Below are positions 51,420 through 64,000 of a stretch of DNA of 64,000 bases, one piece after another (within the stretch, counting starts at the first letter, position 1; each line of letters opens with the position of its first letter). Below the pieces are notes generated by a model. It had not been told where the DNA came from. It searched no databases and worked only from the letters and a program-made list of their open reading frames with translations. A program made the position numbers and the translations under genes. Source of the DNA: Octopus sinensis (Eukaryota). The stretch spans positions 50,096,001-50,160,000 of the forward strand of contig NC_043001.1 in NCBI RefSeq assembly GCF_006345805.1, read 5' to 3'.

Positions 51420-52647
51420 TGTGTGTGGATGTGTGCGTGCGCGCGTGTGTGTGTATGAGTGCAATGATGACACGTGTGTGTGTGTGTGTGCGTGTGTGTG
51501 TGTGTATGTGTGTATGGCGAACAACTGGCGAGTAGCTGGCCAGTATGTAAGAATAAGGAGTGGTGTTTTTTGTGTCCAGCCACAGGTCAAAAACAAAGAG
51601 GTGTGTGTGTGTGTATGTATATGTATCGTGTGTGTGTTTTGTTTGTAGTGTGTGTGTATGTGTGTGTTCATGTGTGTATGCGTAGAGTTTGGGTGTGTGG
51701 CGAGTAACTGTGCTTAACTTAGTGTATGTGTGCGTGTATGCTTGTACGTGCGTGTGTCTGTATATATGTATGTATGTATAATTGTGTGCGTGTGTATGGG
51801 ATGTATGCGTGGGTTCATTTGTGTGTGTGTGTGTATGCATGTGCGTGTAGTTGTGTGTGCGTGTATGTGTGCGTTTGTATGTGTGTGTGTGTAAGCGTAT
51901 ATGGATGTATATGCGTGTATCCGTGGGATTGTGAGTTTTGCGTGTGTGTGTGCGTATGTGTGCGCATGTTTTTTTGTGCGCGTATGTGTGTGTGTGTCTG
52001 TGCTTATATGTGTGTACGTATGTATATGTGTGCGTGCGCGTGTAGGTATATATTGTGTGTATGTATATGTGTCGGTGTGTATGTGAATTTGTGTGTGCTT
52101 GTACGTGTGTATGTGTGTGTGCGTGTATTATATATATATGTAAATGTGTGTGTGTGCGTGTGTGTGTACGTTCGTGCGAGTGAATGTATGTATATATGTG
52201 CGTGTGTGTACAAATGTAGAGGTTTATATGTGTGTTTATATGTTTATATGTGTGTATATATATATGTATGCAAGCACACACTTTATAATTGAAAGATTGA
52301 TGGAAAAAAAATTGGTGTGGGTGTATGTGAATCCACAGGCACACACATACACACACTGACGCACGCCTGCAATACAGCCAACTCCATATGCATGTATGTA
52401 TGTGTGTGTGTGTATGTGTGTGTATGTGTGTGTGTGTATGTATGTATGTATGTATGTGTGTATGTATGTATATATGTATGTATGTGTGTGTGTATGTGTG
52501 TATGTATGCATGTATTTATGTATGTATGTATGCGTGTGTGTGTATGTATGTATGTGTGTGTGTGTGTATGTATGTGTATGTATGTATGTGTGCATGCGTG
52601 TATGTGTGTATGTGTGTATGTATGTGTGGTGTGTATGTATGTATGTA
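51420..52647. repeat. Long degenerate TG/TA/TATG low-complexity tract
   Basis: Direct reading; source of the many V/C/Y and H/T pseudo-ORFs. Confidence 0.9.
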
Positions 52648-53534
52648 TTGGGAGAATTGGGAGAATACTTGGGCCTCAATGTAGCCAACAAAGGGATTGG
52701 CGAAATTGGGGCCCATTCTCGTTCCCATCGCGACCCCAGATACTGTTGGTACGTTTCCCCGGTGAACGTGAAACAGTTGAGCATGAGGACGAGCTTTGCC
52801 AGGCGGAGAAGAGTGGGGGTGCTGGGGGTGGGGTCGGCACGACGGTCGAGGAAGTGCTGGAGGGCTAAGAGACCGTCGTTGTGGGGAATTACCGTATACA
52901 GTGATTTTATGTCTAAGGTGAAGAGGAGGTGTGAGGGGCTGGAAGAGAAGGAAAAGGAATTGAAGAGACGGAGGGAATGGTTGGTGTCATGTATGTGGGA
53001 TGGGAGGGTTGCGACTAAGGGGGACAGGGTGCGGTCGAGGTATAGGGAAAGGTGTTTAGTGGGGCAATTACAGGCGGAAACGATGGGGCGGCCAGAGTTA
53101 TTGGGTTTATGAATTTTGGGAAGGAAATAGATGGTGGAGGTGCGGGGTGTGCGGACGATGAGGTTGGTGGCGGTGGGGGTAGAGCAGAAGAGGAGATGAG
53201 TTCGTGGATGGTGGAGGACACTCGCTGTTGGTAGGAAGAGGTGGGATCGGATGGGAGGAGGCGATAGAAGAGGGGATTTTGAAGCTGGCTGAGCGCTTCC
53301 TCCCTGTATAGATCTGCGCGCCACACCACCACTGCTCCGCCTTTGTCTGCCGGTTTGATGACAATGTCATTGCGGCGACGGAGGTGGTGAAGGGCAATCA
53401 ATTCAGCCCGAGTGAGGTTGTCTCGGAGAGGTCTTTTTTTAAAGTTAAACTGGTTGACCAACGCGTTGCAGTCGTTCACGAACAAATCTAGGCTACTGAA
53501 TTGGCCTGGGGGCGGCGTCCAGTTGGATGGGCGA
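52648..53534 (-). mobile_element. Penelope-like RT fragment (GC-rich), two frameshifts
   Basis: IVIKPADKGGAVVVW, YFLPKIHKP..GRPIVS, LDIKSLYTVIP, LNCFTF, AMGTRMGPNFAN. Confidence 0.95.
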
Positions 53535-53546
53535 TATATATATATG

Positions 53547-53591
<45 letters not shown>

Positions 53592-53940
53592 GTAAAAAGA
53601 AGAAATAATTAAGACTCGGTTGAATTAGGTACTTAAGTTGAAGCACCAAGTCAGTCCAGTGTTATCCGCTCAGCTTGAAGTAAGGTGAACAAAATCAAAA
53701 TAAGCAACAAGGATATACTGATATCCTGCTGCTTATTTTGATTTGACTGCATAGTAGCATCCGACATCCACTGCTTCGCACTTATCGCAGCTGATATACA
53801 TCAACTTTTGTCCATTATCGTGGACAACACCCACTTCTCTTTCCATGACCACATATACAAACAGATAACTCGTATGTATATATATATATGTATATATATA
53901 TATATTATTCTCTTTTACATATAACATATTATATATATAC

Positions 53941-53987
<47 letters not shown>

Positions 53988-53994
53988 TATTATA

Positions 53995-54835
53995 TATTAT
54001 AATATATATATATAAAACTCAACTTGTGTGTCTGTGTGTTTACTTCCCGGCACATCTCCCTCCTCGCCAACAAATCGTAGAACCACCAAAAATGGGTCAC
54101 TTAAAGTTTAGGCGAATGAAATTGAACTGCGCTATTTCTGTTCCGAAATTCATCTCGCAAGTACAAAAATCGATAATGTGTTTGTTTAGGCCTTATCCCA
54201 TGCATTGAATAGTGAACTTTACTCAGTCAGCTGTTTGACATGAACTGTGTTCACCACGCGTGCAAGCATGCGTAAATTGCATGAAAAATAAAAAATCAAG
54301 ATATAAAAACGAATCGCCATAAACATTGTAGAAATTCGGCAAAGAAATGAATTTTCGGGATGTAGCCTGGAGGGTTTTTTCGTATTAATCGTTTGTACTT
54401 TGTGAACACATTCCAATTATCTATATATATAAAGCTGAAGTTGTCTGTGTATGGCAGGTTTGGTAGCCTTCAACTAACACTATCTCCTCCGAGACCCTGC
54501 AGCGCAAGTTGACCAAAATTGAGAGAATGATAGAAGAAGGCTTGCTCTTTCTTCCGTAGAAGAAAAAATTCAAATCGGACCATGTTAACACCAAAAATTA
54601 TTTACATCAAAAAGGTGCTTTTTTTCTATGAAAAGCCCTATTTTTTAACGATTTTTTGACTGTCGCGATTTTTCGTGTATTTCAACCAGAAAAATGTTCA
54701 CTTAAAGAGAATAACAAGCTACATAATGCAAAATTTTTACTTTTCAAAAATATATATATTTATATTCCTTCTTTCCTTCTTTCCTGAGCATCCAATAATA
54801 CTATATTTGTTCCACGTCCTGGCTTGTTGTGTTTT
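53995..54835 (+). mobile_element. Two adjacent Helitron/HINE-like non-autonomous elements
   Basis: Both open with TATATATATAAA followed by GTGTG(T)CTG-type simple sequence; the second starts A|TCTATATATATAAAG at 54420. Confidence 0.5.
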
Positions 54836-54866
54836 TTATACATACATACATACATACATACAATAC

Positions 54867-54898
<32 letters not shown>

Positions 54899-54944
54899 TA
54901 TATATTATATATAACCGATTATAGCAGCGACTCCATTCTCAAGA

Positions 54945-54980
54945 ATATCTGAAGAAGAATTTTATTCCGAAATATCATAT
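54945..54980 (+). ncRNA. Minimal type I hammerhead ribozyme motif
   Basis: AUAU-CUGAAGA-A GAAU UUU AUUC C-GAAA-UA-UC-AUAU; intact core; A10.1-C11.1 mismatch. Confidence 0.6.
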
Positions 54981-55111
54981 CAGACTATGGATGACTAAAT
55001 TACAACAGGTATATAGCCCATTGTTTGTATTATAGTGCATTGTTGTACCATTCAAAACTTTTTATTCTTTACAAATAATACACAATGCTTAAAGCGGACT
55101 ACAATACTCTC

Positions 55112-55143
<32 letters not shown>

Positions 55144-55298
55144 ACGAAAGAAAAAATCCACTCATAAGGCTTTGGTCGTGCCGAGAATATAGTACAAGTT
55201 ACTTGCCCAAGGTGCCACGCAGTGGGACTGAACCCAGAAACATGTGGTCGGGAGGCAAACTTCTTACCACACAGCTACTCCTGCATATATGTGTGTGT

Positions 55299-55334
<36 letters not shown>

Positions 55335-55364
55335 TATGCGAGTGTGTATGTATATGCATATATC

Positions 55365-55408
<44 letters not shown>

Positions 55409-55424
55409 GATATATATAAATAGG

Positions 55425-55465
<41 letters not shown>

Positions 55466-55894
55466 GGATGGATGGATAGATATATACATATATGTATGTA
55501 TGTATTTATGTAGAAAAGAACAATTTTATAAACAATTCATTGTTTCATCCACAACCTCCACCGTAGGTCCAATACCATTTCCCTCACTCTTTACCTTGTT
55601 TAGTTACATAACAAAATCTATTAGCTATAATAGTTACATAACAAAATCGATTAACTATATATATATATATATACGAGTAAGTATATAAATGCGAAACAAG
55701 GTGGGAAAATTAGTCCTGGAATACCGAAGGTTATGTGCATTTTTTTTTTATTGAAGCTGCAAAAACCTTCGTCGGGCAGTTGTGATACAGGTGTAGCACA
55801 ACGAATGGGAACGTGAAACTTTGAGTAGCAGTTTTTTTTGTGATGCTTTTGTTGCAGCTTTAATAAAAATGTATATGTATGTATATTCATTTAT

Positions 55895-56100
55895 TCTTTT
55901 ATTCTTTTACTTGCTTCAGTCATTTGACTGCGGCCATGCTGGAGTAGGGCCTTTAGTCGAACAAATCGACCCCAGGACATATTCTTTGTAAGCTTAGTAC
56001 TTATTCTATCGGTTTCTTTTGCCGAACTAGTAAGTTACGGGACGTAAACATACCACCATCGGTGTTCAAGCGATGTTGGGGGACAAACACAGACACACAG
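55895..56100 (-). mobile_element. SINE family B tail (head piece at ~55150-55285)
   Basis: Family motifs. Confidence 0.75.
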
Positions 56101-56134
56101 ACACACAGACACACACACACACAGACACACACAG

Positions 56135-56199
<65 letters not shown>

Positions 56200-56204
56200 C
56201 TAAA

Positions 56205-56232
56205 CTAGACTACTTGTGACCCGTTGGGTCAC
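56205..56232 (-). mobile_element. Helitron 3' terminus
   Basis: Reverse complement GTGACCC-AAC-GGGTCAC hairpin, 7-nt spacer, CTAG|T. Confidence 0.75.
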
Positions 56233-56859
56233 CGTGAAACTCTGAGTTTCACAGCAAAAAGAGTTTGTTTCGTGGGTTGGAAAGATTTGGCTACAATTTC
56301 TTGTCCGCCCTGCTACCACGTAACAGGTATTTCGGGTCCTTTATCGCAAATAGCAGTTACGTGGTAGCAGGGCGTGCTAGAAATAGCGGACAAATCTTTG
56401 GAGTGGTGATACGTTGAATGCACTCAAAAAAATACTATTTCACTCTGGGGTTACGATCGGGTCTTTTACAAAATATCTACCGTATTTTTCAAGTCATTTT
56501 GACTTTAGAATATTTTTTGAATATACCAAAAAAATTTTATAAACGGTATTCACTTGAAAATAATTTTTAAAAACATTAAAATATTGTCTGTTTAAAGAAT
56601 GCTAAAATATACATATTTACTGTACAAACAGCTTACATTTTTGAAATAACATTCACTTAAAGATATTTGTAAATGATTAAAATATTGTGTTAAACAAAAG
56701 CGAAAATAGAAATTGTAAAAAAAAAAGAAGAGAAATCGTTTTTATTTTTGCGTTGTCAAACCACTGTCTAATAGAAAGATAAGAGTTTCTTCCCTTTCAG
56801 GATGAAGATTATATTCGGAACATTTTCTCCATCATGCGCCAATTTCGCTGAGTAACATA

Positions 56860-56892
<33 letters not shown>

Positions 56893-56993
56893 ATTGAAAC
56901 TGACTTTTAATGTATTATGTGTATGTATGTATGTATGTATGTATGTATGTATGCATGTATGTATGTATGTATGTAAGTATATATATGTATACA

Positions 56994-57027
<34 letters not shown>

Positions 57028-57125
57028 CATACATACATACACATAATACATTAAAAATTTGTATGTAGTATGTATGTATGTAGTATGCATGTATGTATGT
57101 ATGTATTATGTAAGTATATATATGT

Positions 57126-57156
<31 letters not shown>

Positions 57157-57185
57157 CATACATACATACATACATATACATACAT

Positions 57186-57220
<35 letters not shown>

Positions 57221-57224
<4 letters not shown>

Positions 57225-59110
57225 TCAATATAGGTGGCAACAAATTTTGTAGAATTTTTTTTGCCACCAGCGCCTAGTGGGAAAAAATTAAATAGTCATA
57301 GACCATTTTTAAGTTCAACATCACAATCAAGGAACGGCCATAATAGGCCATTCACCCACTAGAAATAACAGCCAAAGCTTCAACCGCAAAATAACATTAA
57401 TTCCGTAAACCAGGAGAAAATTTAAAACATTTACCCTGTCATTTCTTATACGATGCACCGTTTCATCTACTGTTTAATGGTAAACTAACCTGATTAATTA
57501 AATCAAGCCAATCTTCCATAGGCCCTTAGATTCGTCAGTAAGAAATAGCCAGATTGGAACAGATATTTTCACGAGGCATTTCTGTCCCTGCCTCGCAATA
57601 TCTGACCTAAAATTTTCAAATCATCGTACTCCGCGCCAAATTTATCGGCAGCAAATAAATATAGCCGCCGATTCCATTACGAATTAACCAGAAAATTCAT
57701 AATTAATCAATATAGGGTGGCAACCAATTTTTGTAGAATTTTTTTGCCACCAGCGGCCTAGTGGGAAAAAATTAAATAGTCATAGACCATTTTAAGTTCA
57801 ACATCACAATCAAGGAACGGCATTCAACCACTAGAAATAACAGCCAAAGCTTCAACTCAAAGCAAATAACATTAATTCCGTAAACCAGGAGAAAATTTAA
57901 AAACATTTACCCTGTCATTTCTTATACGATGCACCTTTCATCTACTGTTTAATGGTAACTAACCTGATTAAATTAAATCAAGCCAATCTTCCCTAGGCCC
58001 TTAGATTCGTCAGTAAGAAATAGCCAGATCGGAACAGATATTTTCACGAGGCATTCCTGTCCTGCCTCGGCAATATCTGACCTAAAATTTTCAAATCATC
58101 GCACTCGCGCCAAATTTATCGGCAGCAAATAAATATAAGCCGCCGATTCCATTACGGAATAACCAGAAAATTCATAATTAATCAATATAGGGTGGCAACA
58201 AATTTTGTAAATTTTTTTGCCACCAGCGGCTAGTGGGAAAAAATTAAATAGTCATAGACCATTTTTAAGTTCAACATCACAATCAAGGAACGGCCATAAT
58301 AGGCCATTCACCCACTAGAAATAACAGCCAAAGCTTCAACCGCAAAATAACATTAATTCCGTAAACCAGGAGAAAATTTAAAAACATTTACCCTGTCATT
58401 TCTTATACGATCACCGTTTCATCTACTGTTTAATGGTAAACTAACCTGATTAAATTAAATCAAGCCAATCTTCCATAGGCCCTTAGATTCGTTCAGTAAG
58501 AAATAGCCAGATCGGAACAGATATTTTCACGAGGCATTTCTGTCCCTGCCTCGGCAATATCTGACCTAAAATTTTCAAATCATCGCACTCGCGCCACTTT
58601 ATCGGCAGCAAATAAATATAAGCCGCCGATTCCATTACGGAATTAACCAGAAAATTCATAATTAATCAATATAGGGTGGCAACAATTTTGTAGAATTTTT
58701 TTGCCACCAGCGGCCTATTGGGAAAAATTAATAGTCATAGACCATTTTTAAGTTCAACAACACAATCAAGGAACGGCCATATAGGCCATTCACCCACTAG
58801 AAATAACAGCCAAAGCTTCAACCGCAAATACATTAATCCGTAAACCAGGAGAAAATTTAAAAACATTTACCCTGTCATTTCTTATACGATGCACCGTTTC
58901 ATCTACTGTTTAATGGTAAACTAACCTGATTAATAAATCAAGCCAATCTCCATAGGCCCTTAGATTCGTCAGTAAGAAATAGCCAGATCGAACAGACATT
59001 TTCACGAGGCATTTCTGTCCCTGCCTCGGCAATATCTGACCTAAAATTTTCAAATCATCGCACTCGCGCCAAATTTATCGGCAGCAAATAAATATAAGCC
59101 GCCGATTCCA
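57221..59110. repeat. Satellite array, ~480-bp unit x3.9
   Basis: Units start at 57221, 57703, 58178 and 58662; copies differ mostly by single-base indels. Confidence 0.97.
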
Positions 59111-59176
59111 TAGATAGATAGATGGATGGATGGATGGATGGATGGATGGATAGATGGATGGATGGATTGATGGATG

Positions 59177-59239
<63 letters not shown>

Positions 59240-59599
59240 GGATGGATGGATGGATAGATATATACATATATGTATGTATGTATTTATGTAGAAAAGAACA
59301 ATTTTATATACAATTCATTGTTTCATCTACAACCTCCACCGTAGGCCCAATACCATTTCTCTCATTCTTTACTCTGTTTAGTTACATAACAAAATCTATT
59401 CAGATCATTCTATCTCATACTACTTCTGGAAATAGTTATCGAAGATTATGTTTTAGAAGATTAATACGTTCCGGCAGACATTTTTGAATAAATTAGTTAA
59501 GTCAAATATTACTGAATATAGTAGCATTATCAGAATAAGTAGGATTTATTAATTATGTGAGCTAGAGTAGGATTCCTCTGTTATAACTGTCAAAAAAGC

Positions 59600-60260
59600 A
59601 ACTTTATCTTTTATCTGTTTCAGTCACTGGACTGCGACCATGCTGGGAATCGGCTTGCAGGGTTTAGTCGAACAAATCTATTTCTTTACTACCCACAAGG
59701 GCTAAACACAGAGAGGACAAACAAGGGCTGACAAACGGATTAAGTCGATTATATCGACCCCAGTGAGTAACTGGTACTTATTTAATCGACCCCGAAAGGA
59801 TGAAAGGCAAAGTCGACCTCGGCGGAATTTGAACTCAGAGCATAGCGGCAGACGAAATACCGCTAAGTATTTTGCCCGGCGTGCTAACGTTTCTGCCAGC
59901 TTGCCGCCTTTTGTCGAACAAATCGACTCCATTTCTTAATTTTGTAAGTCTGATACTAATTCTATTGGTCTCTTTCATCGAAACCGCTAAGCTACGGGAA
60001 CATAAACAAACCAGCATCGGTTGCCAAACGGAGGTGGTAGTCAAACAAAAACATAGACACACATGCATGCAGAATACATTTCTCTGTGTATTTGTGTTTG
60101 TGTGTGTGTGTGGCGAGTTTCTTTCAGTTTCAGTCTACCAAATGCAGTCACAAATCTTTAGTCAGCCCGGGGCTTTACTGGAAGACACTTGCCCAAATGG
60201 GATTGAAGCAATGGCCACATGGTTGCGAAGTACGTTTCTTAGCACACAGCCACGCCCTAG
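59600..60260 (-). mobile_element. SINE family B with nested SINE A (~59680-59910)
   Basis: GTCGAACAAATC appears on both sides of the nested copy. Confidence 0.8.
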
Positions 60261-61488
60261 GCAAGGTAGAATGTATAAATATATACAGACATTGGTCGGT
60301 TGAATTTGTTATCATAGGCAGCGTAGGATTCGTTATATATGTCAGGTAGTGTTGCATCAATTAGTTATGTCAACCAATGTAGCATTCATTAGTTGGCAGA
60401 GATGGATCCATTATTCGTGTCTTGCATTATGGAATCTATAAATTATGTCAGTTATTGCAGGATTTGTTATTCAATTCAAATAGTTTAGGATGGATTATTT
60501 ATGATAGGTGTCCATTAATTATTGCTAAAGGTGACACGGTGGCAGCCGATTTTTCGATCGAACCAAAAACACAGTTTCCATTGATCTTGTTTTCCATTGT
60601 TGATACTGTCTGTCAGTCGCGATTCCTGGCAGAAGTAGCCCCCCACCCTCTTTTTTTTTCAGTGTAGAGAGCCAAAACAGATATCACAAGACATCTCGTC
60701 CGACGCTCTGACAATTCTGCCAACCCAACGCCCTGAACTGTTATTTCATTTATCGAACTCGAAAAGGATAAAAGGCTAATTTGACCTCAGCGCACAGAGA
60801 TGAAATAACTACAGCAAAACATTCTACCCGATTCTCTAACTATTCTACCACCCGCCGCTTTATGGTAGGTCCTATGAATTAAATTATGTTAAACAATGTG
60901 CACCCAATATTTACAACAAATAATATGGTTTTGTTATGGTTCTCTCAGGAGTGTTGACGTATCCCCAAGCGCTTCACACGCCACCAGAGACCAGTGATAT
61001 TAATATGGTTAGTTTACGTTCAGTTAAAGCATGTACAAGTTGACACCAGCAGCAACATTGCAGATGGAATGGAATTTCCAGTGGAATGGCATTGAGGATA
61101 GAAAGGACTGAGTGAAGCATTCAGTATGAGGTTAGGGGAAAGTGGGTGGTTGAGATAACATCACTGATACATGCATACACACATGCGCGCACATATACAC
61201 ACACACACACATACATACATACATACATACATACATACATACATACATACATACATACATACATACAGATAGACATACATACAGAGAGACATACATACAT
61301 ACATACATACAAACTCTTATAGACAGATGAACACACTTATACACTTACACTCACATATACATATATAAATACATACATGCATAATACATACATGCATACA
61401 CACACACACGCACACACACACACACACACGCACGCGCGCACACACACATACACACACACACACACACATATATATATACAGAAGAAGT

Positions 61489-61527
<39 letters not shown>

Positions 61528-62107
61528 CACATATACACTCATGCAAATTCGCTTACAGAAGCACTCATTGAAATATATACACAACCAATTTCATGTATCT
61601 ATACTTATGTACATATTCAATATTCGTATTAACGTAAATCTCTGCTGTATATTTTATCCCTCGAGACTGTATAAAATTGTATAGCCATGACTAGACGTGA
61701 TACAAACAACAAGGTTAGATGTGATATCAATGTGCTTAGAAGTGATATAAACAGATAATATCAAAGAACATTAATGAATTGCACAGTTTTGTAGAAAATT
61801 ACAGACAAGTTATATTCATTGACTTTGAAGTTAGGAGAGAGTCAAAATAACAAAAATAATTTGTAACATTAACGCAAAGCTTTGAGTTTGAGAAGTGGCG
61901 GAATCAATTAAAAGTGGTGAATTGGCTGAGTCGCTTAGAGCATTAGAAAAAATATAATTTTTACATTCTGAGTTCAACCTTGCCTTTTGACGAATTTTTA
62001 TAGCAATGAAGAAAATGCTTTGCTGATTTTACTCCACTTTACGTTCTGAGCGCCCAAACAGGTATGGTGAAAATGCATCTAACCGACAAGTTGATGTTTT
62101 GTATATA

Positions 62108-62631
62108 CGAGGCTGACTGTGAAGGAGTGATGCTAGAGCAGTGAAATATTGCATGCATTAATTTCATCTCTTCTTATTAATAATTGCATTGTTTCTTTCC
62201 AGGTAAACGGACATCCGACTGTTCAAAGAAGACTTTAATAGTAACTGCTAGTGAATTCTTTTGGAAATGGACAAAGTTTAGCATCACGCTGTTATCAAGT
62301 ACTTGCAGAAAAGATGGTTTACTCCCAAGGACATTTATACTGACATTGTTGCTACATTAGGAGATAACGCTCCAGCTTTATGAACAGTGCAAAAGTGGGC
62401 AGTTGAATTTAAGTGACGAAGGGTGAGTCTTGAAGACGACCCAACGTCTGGACGTCCTGCACTTCTCACCACTAAGGTTGAAAGTTTCTTCACCAATGGG
62501 ATCCAAGTACTGCAACACCGATGGAAGATGTGTGTGGACCGCAAAGGGAACTATGTTGATAAATAAGCCTTATTTCGTAAGAGTCCATGAGTGCATCTTG
62601 GTCAGCCTATGAACTTTTCTGCCAAACCTCG
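62108..62631 (+). mobile_element. Internally deleted mariner element
   Basis: TA|CGAGG ... CCTCG|TA ends. N-terminus (VIKYLQK..TVQKWA.EFK..SLEDDPTSGRP) fused to C-terminus (FFTNGIQVLQHRWKMCVDRKGNYVDK*). Confidence 0.85.
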
Positions 62632-63554
62632 TATATATGAAAAATAAGGATAAATACATGTTTGTATTAAAGTTCCTACATCCGTTTCACCCTTACAGTT
62701 GTTTGGAACCCTGCTATAGATGTTCTAAATGCATATAGATGCTTAACCAAGACCAATCCTCAGGGAGCACTTGATTGTATGAATGGAACGTGTATGTGTG
62801 TGTGTGTGGTGGGGGGGGGGGTGCGTATGCGTGTGTGTATACAAAGATACACACACACACGCACGCACACACACACGCACGCAAACACACACATATAGAT
62901 AGATAGTGAGTGAGTAAGATGTGTGTAGCGAAAAACTACCAAAATACCTAAGCTAGGATTTGAAACCAAATATACATTTTTCCAAAAGTCATCGGCCTAT
63001 TGCTTTCTCCTTTTGCACTATGAGAATAAACTGACATCTTGGTCTTTCACGAGATATACATGGATCAGAACTGATACAGGGGATTTCTTTCTCTCATCTA
63101 ATACGTTATTTCTCTTATCTAGACGTTATTCGGCGTCTAGCCAAAGAGCACAGAACTCAAGTATGCTGGTCAATGCGCAAAAATACGTTTTTACTCTCAC
63201 GATGCTTACCCAGACTCACTCTGTCTCTCTTCAGTAGTATCTCGCAGTCGAAACTATCATACAGAATGGACCTAAGATCAACAAATAACTTTTGTACTAC
63301 TACTCGAAGCAGTTAGTTGTACTATATATATTGTAACGACATAATCACATATATAAATGACCAACTCAAAAAGCAATTTGTAATGTCCTTTAATTAATTA
63401 TTCTATGCATATTATTACGATGTGTAACAATTATGCTTGGTTACAGACTTTCATATTTTCGTTTCAGATGTTTTTGTATGTATTATTATCAGAAAGGTGG
63501 AACAAGAAACTATCTTTGTATTTTGCCATGAAAATCCCATGACGCTCATATAAC

Positions 63555-63882
63555 ACTTTTATCTTTTACTTATTTCAGTCATTAGATTGCGGCCATTCTG
63601 GGGCACCGCCTTGACGAATTTTAGTCGAACAAATCGACCCCTGTACTTATTTTCTTTTTAACCTTGGTACTTACTCTATCGGTCTCTTACAGAACCGTTA
63701 AGTTACGAAGTCGTAAATTCACCAACACCGGTTGTGAGACTCACGCGCGCACACACACATATTTTATACAGATAGTCGGCCCGAGGTTATAGAAGAGACT
63801 TGCCCAAGGTGCCACGCAGTGGAAGTGAACCCGGAATCATGTGGTTGAGAAGCAAACTTCTTACCACACAGCTACTCCTGCG
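63555..63882 (-). mobile_element. SINE family B
   Basis: Family motifs. Confidence 0.8.
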
Positions 63883-64000
63883 CTTTCGGGAACAGCAACA
63901 CCATTGATAGCGTGTTAGTGTAGAGACGCCTAACCTGGATAAATCGACCAAAACAATCAGCGATCGGCGTTCGAATGGCTCACCAAAGCACATTTATCGA

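Overview
AT-rich, repeat-dense animal genomic DNA (intergenic or intronic) with one 100-N assembly gap at 51200-51299. The SINE families point to an octopus or other coleoid cephalopod; this is family recall, not a database hit. No host protein-coding exon, rRNA or tRNA gene could be supported, and almost all ORF-track entries are microsatellite or antisense artefacts. The window is a transposon graveyard. It holds dozens of tRNA-derived SINEs from three families and three Penelope-like (PLE) remnants. It also holds three R4/Dong-type, one Tx1/L1-type and several RTE-type LINE fragments, four Tc1/mariner-superfamily elements, hAT pieces, a decayed Helitron with Helitron-like termini elsewhere, and mini/microsatellites. 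The most notable signals are: (1) three minimal type I hammerhead ribozyme motifs, one directly behind a PLE ORF; (2) SINE concatemers of 5-7 modules each bounded by a single 16-bp TSD and sharing junctions between loci; (3) a PLE with an inverted, displaced internal RT segment; (4) a GC-rich PLE fragment that could be horizontally acquired; (5) a 210-bp fold-back and a hairpin-rich ~480-bp satellite next to a Helitron end.
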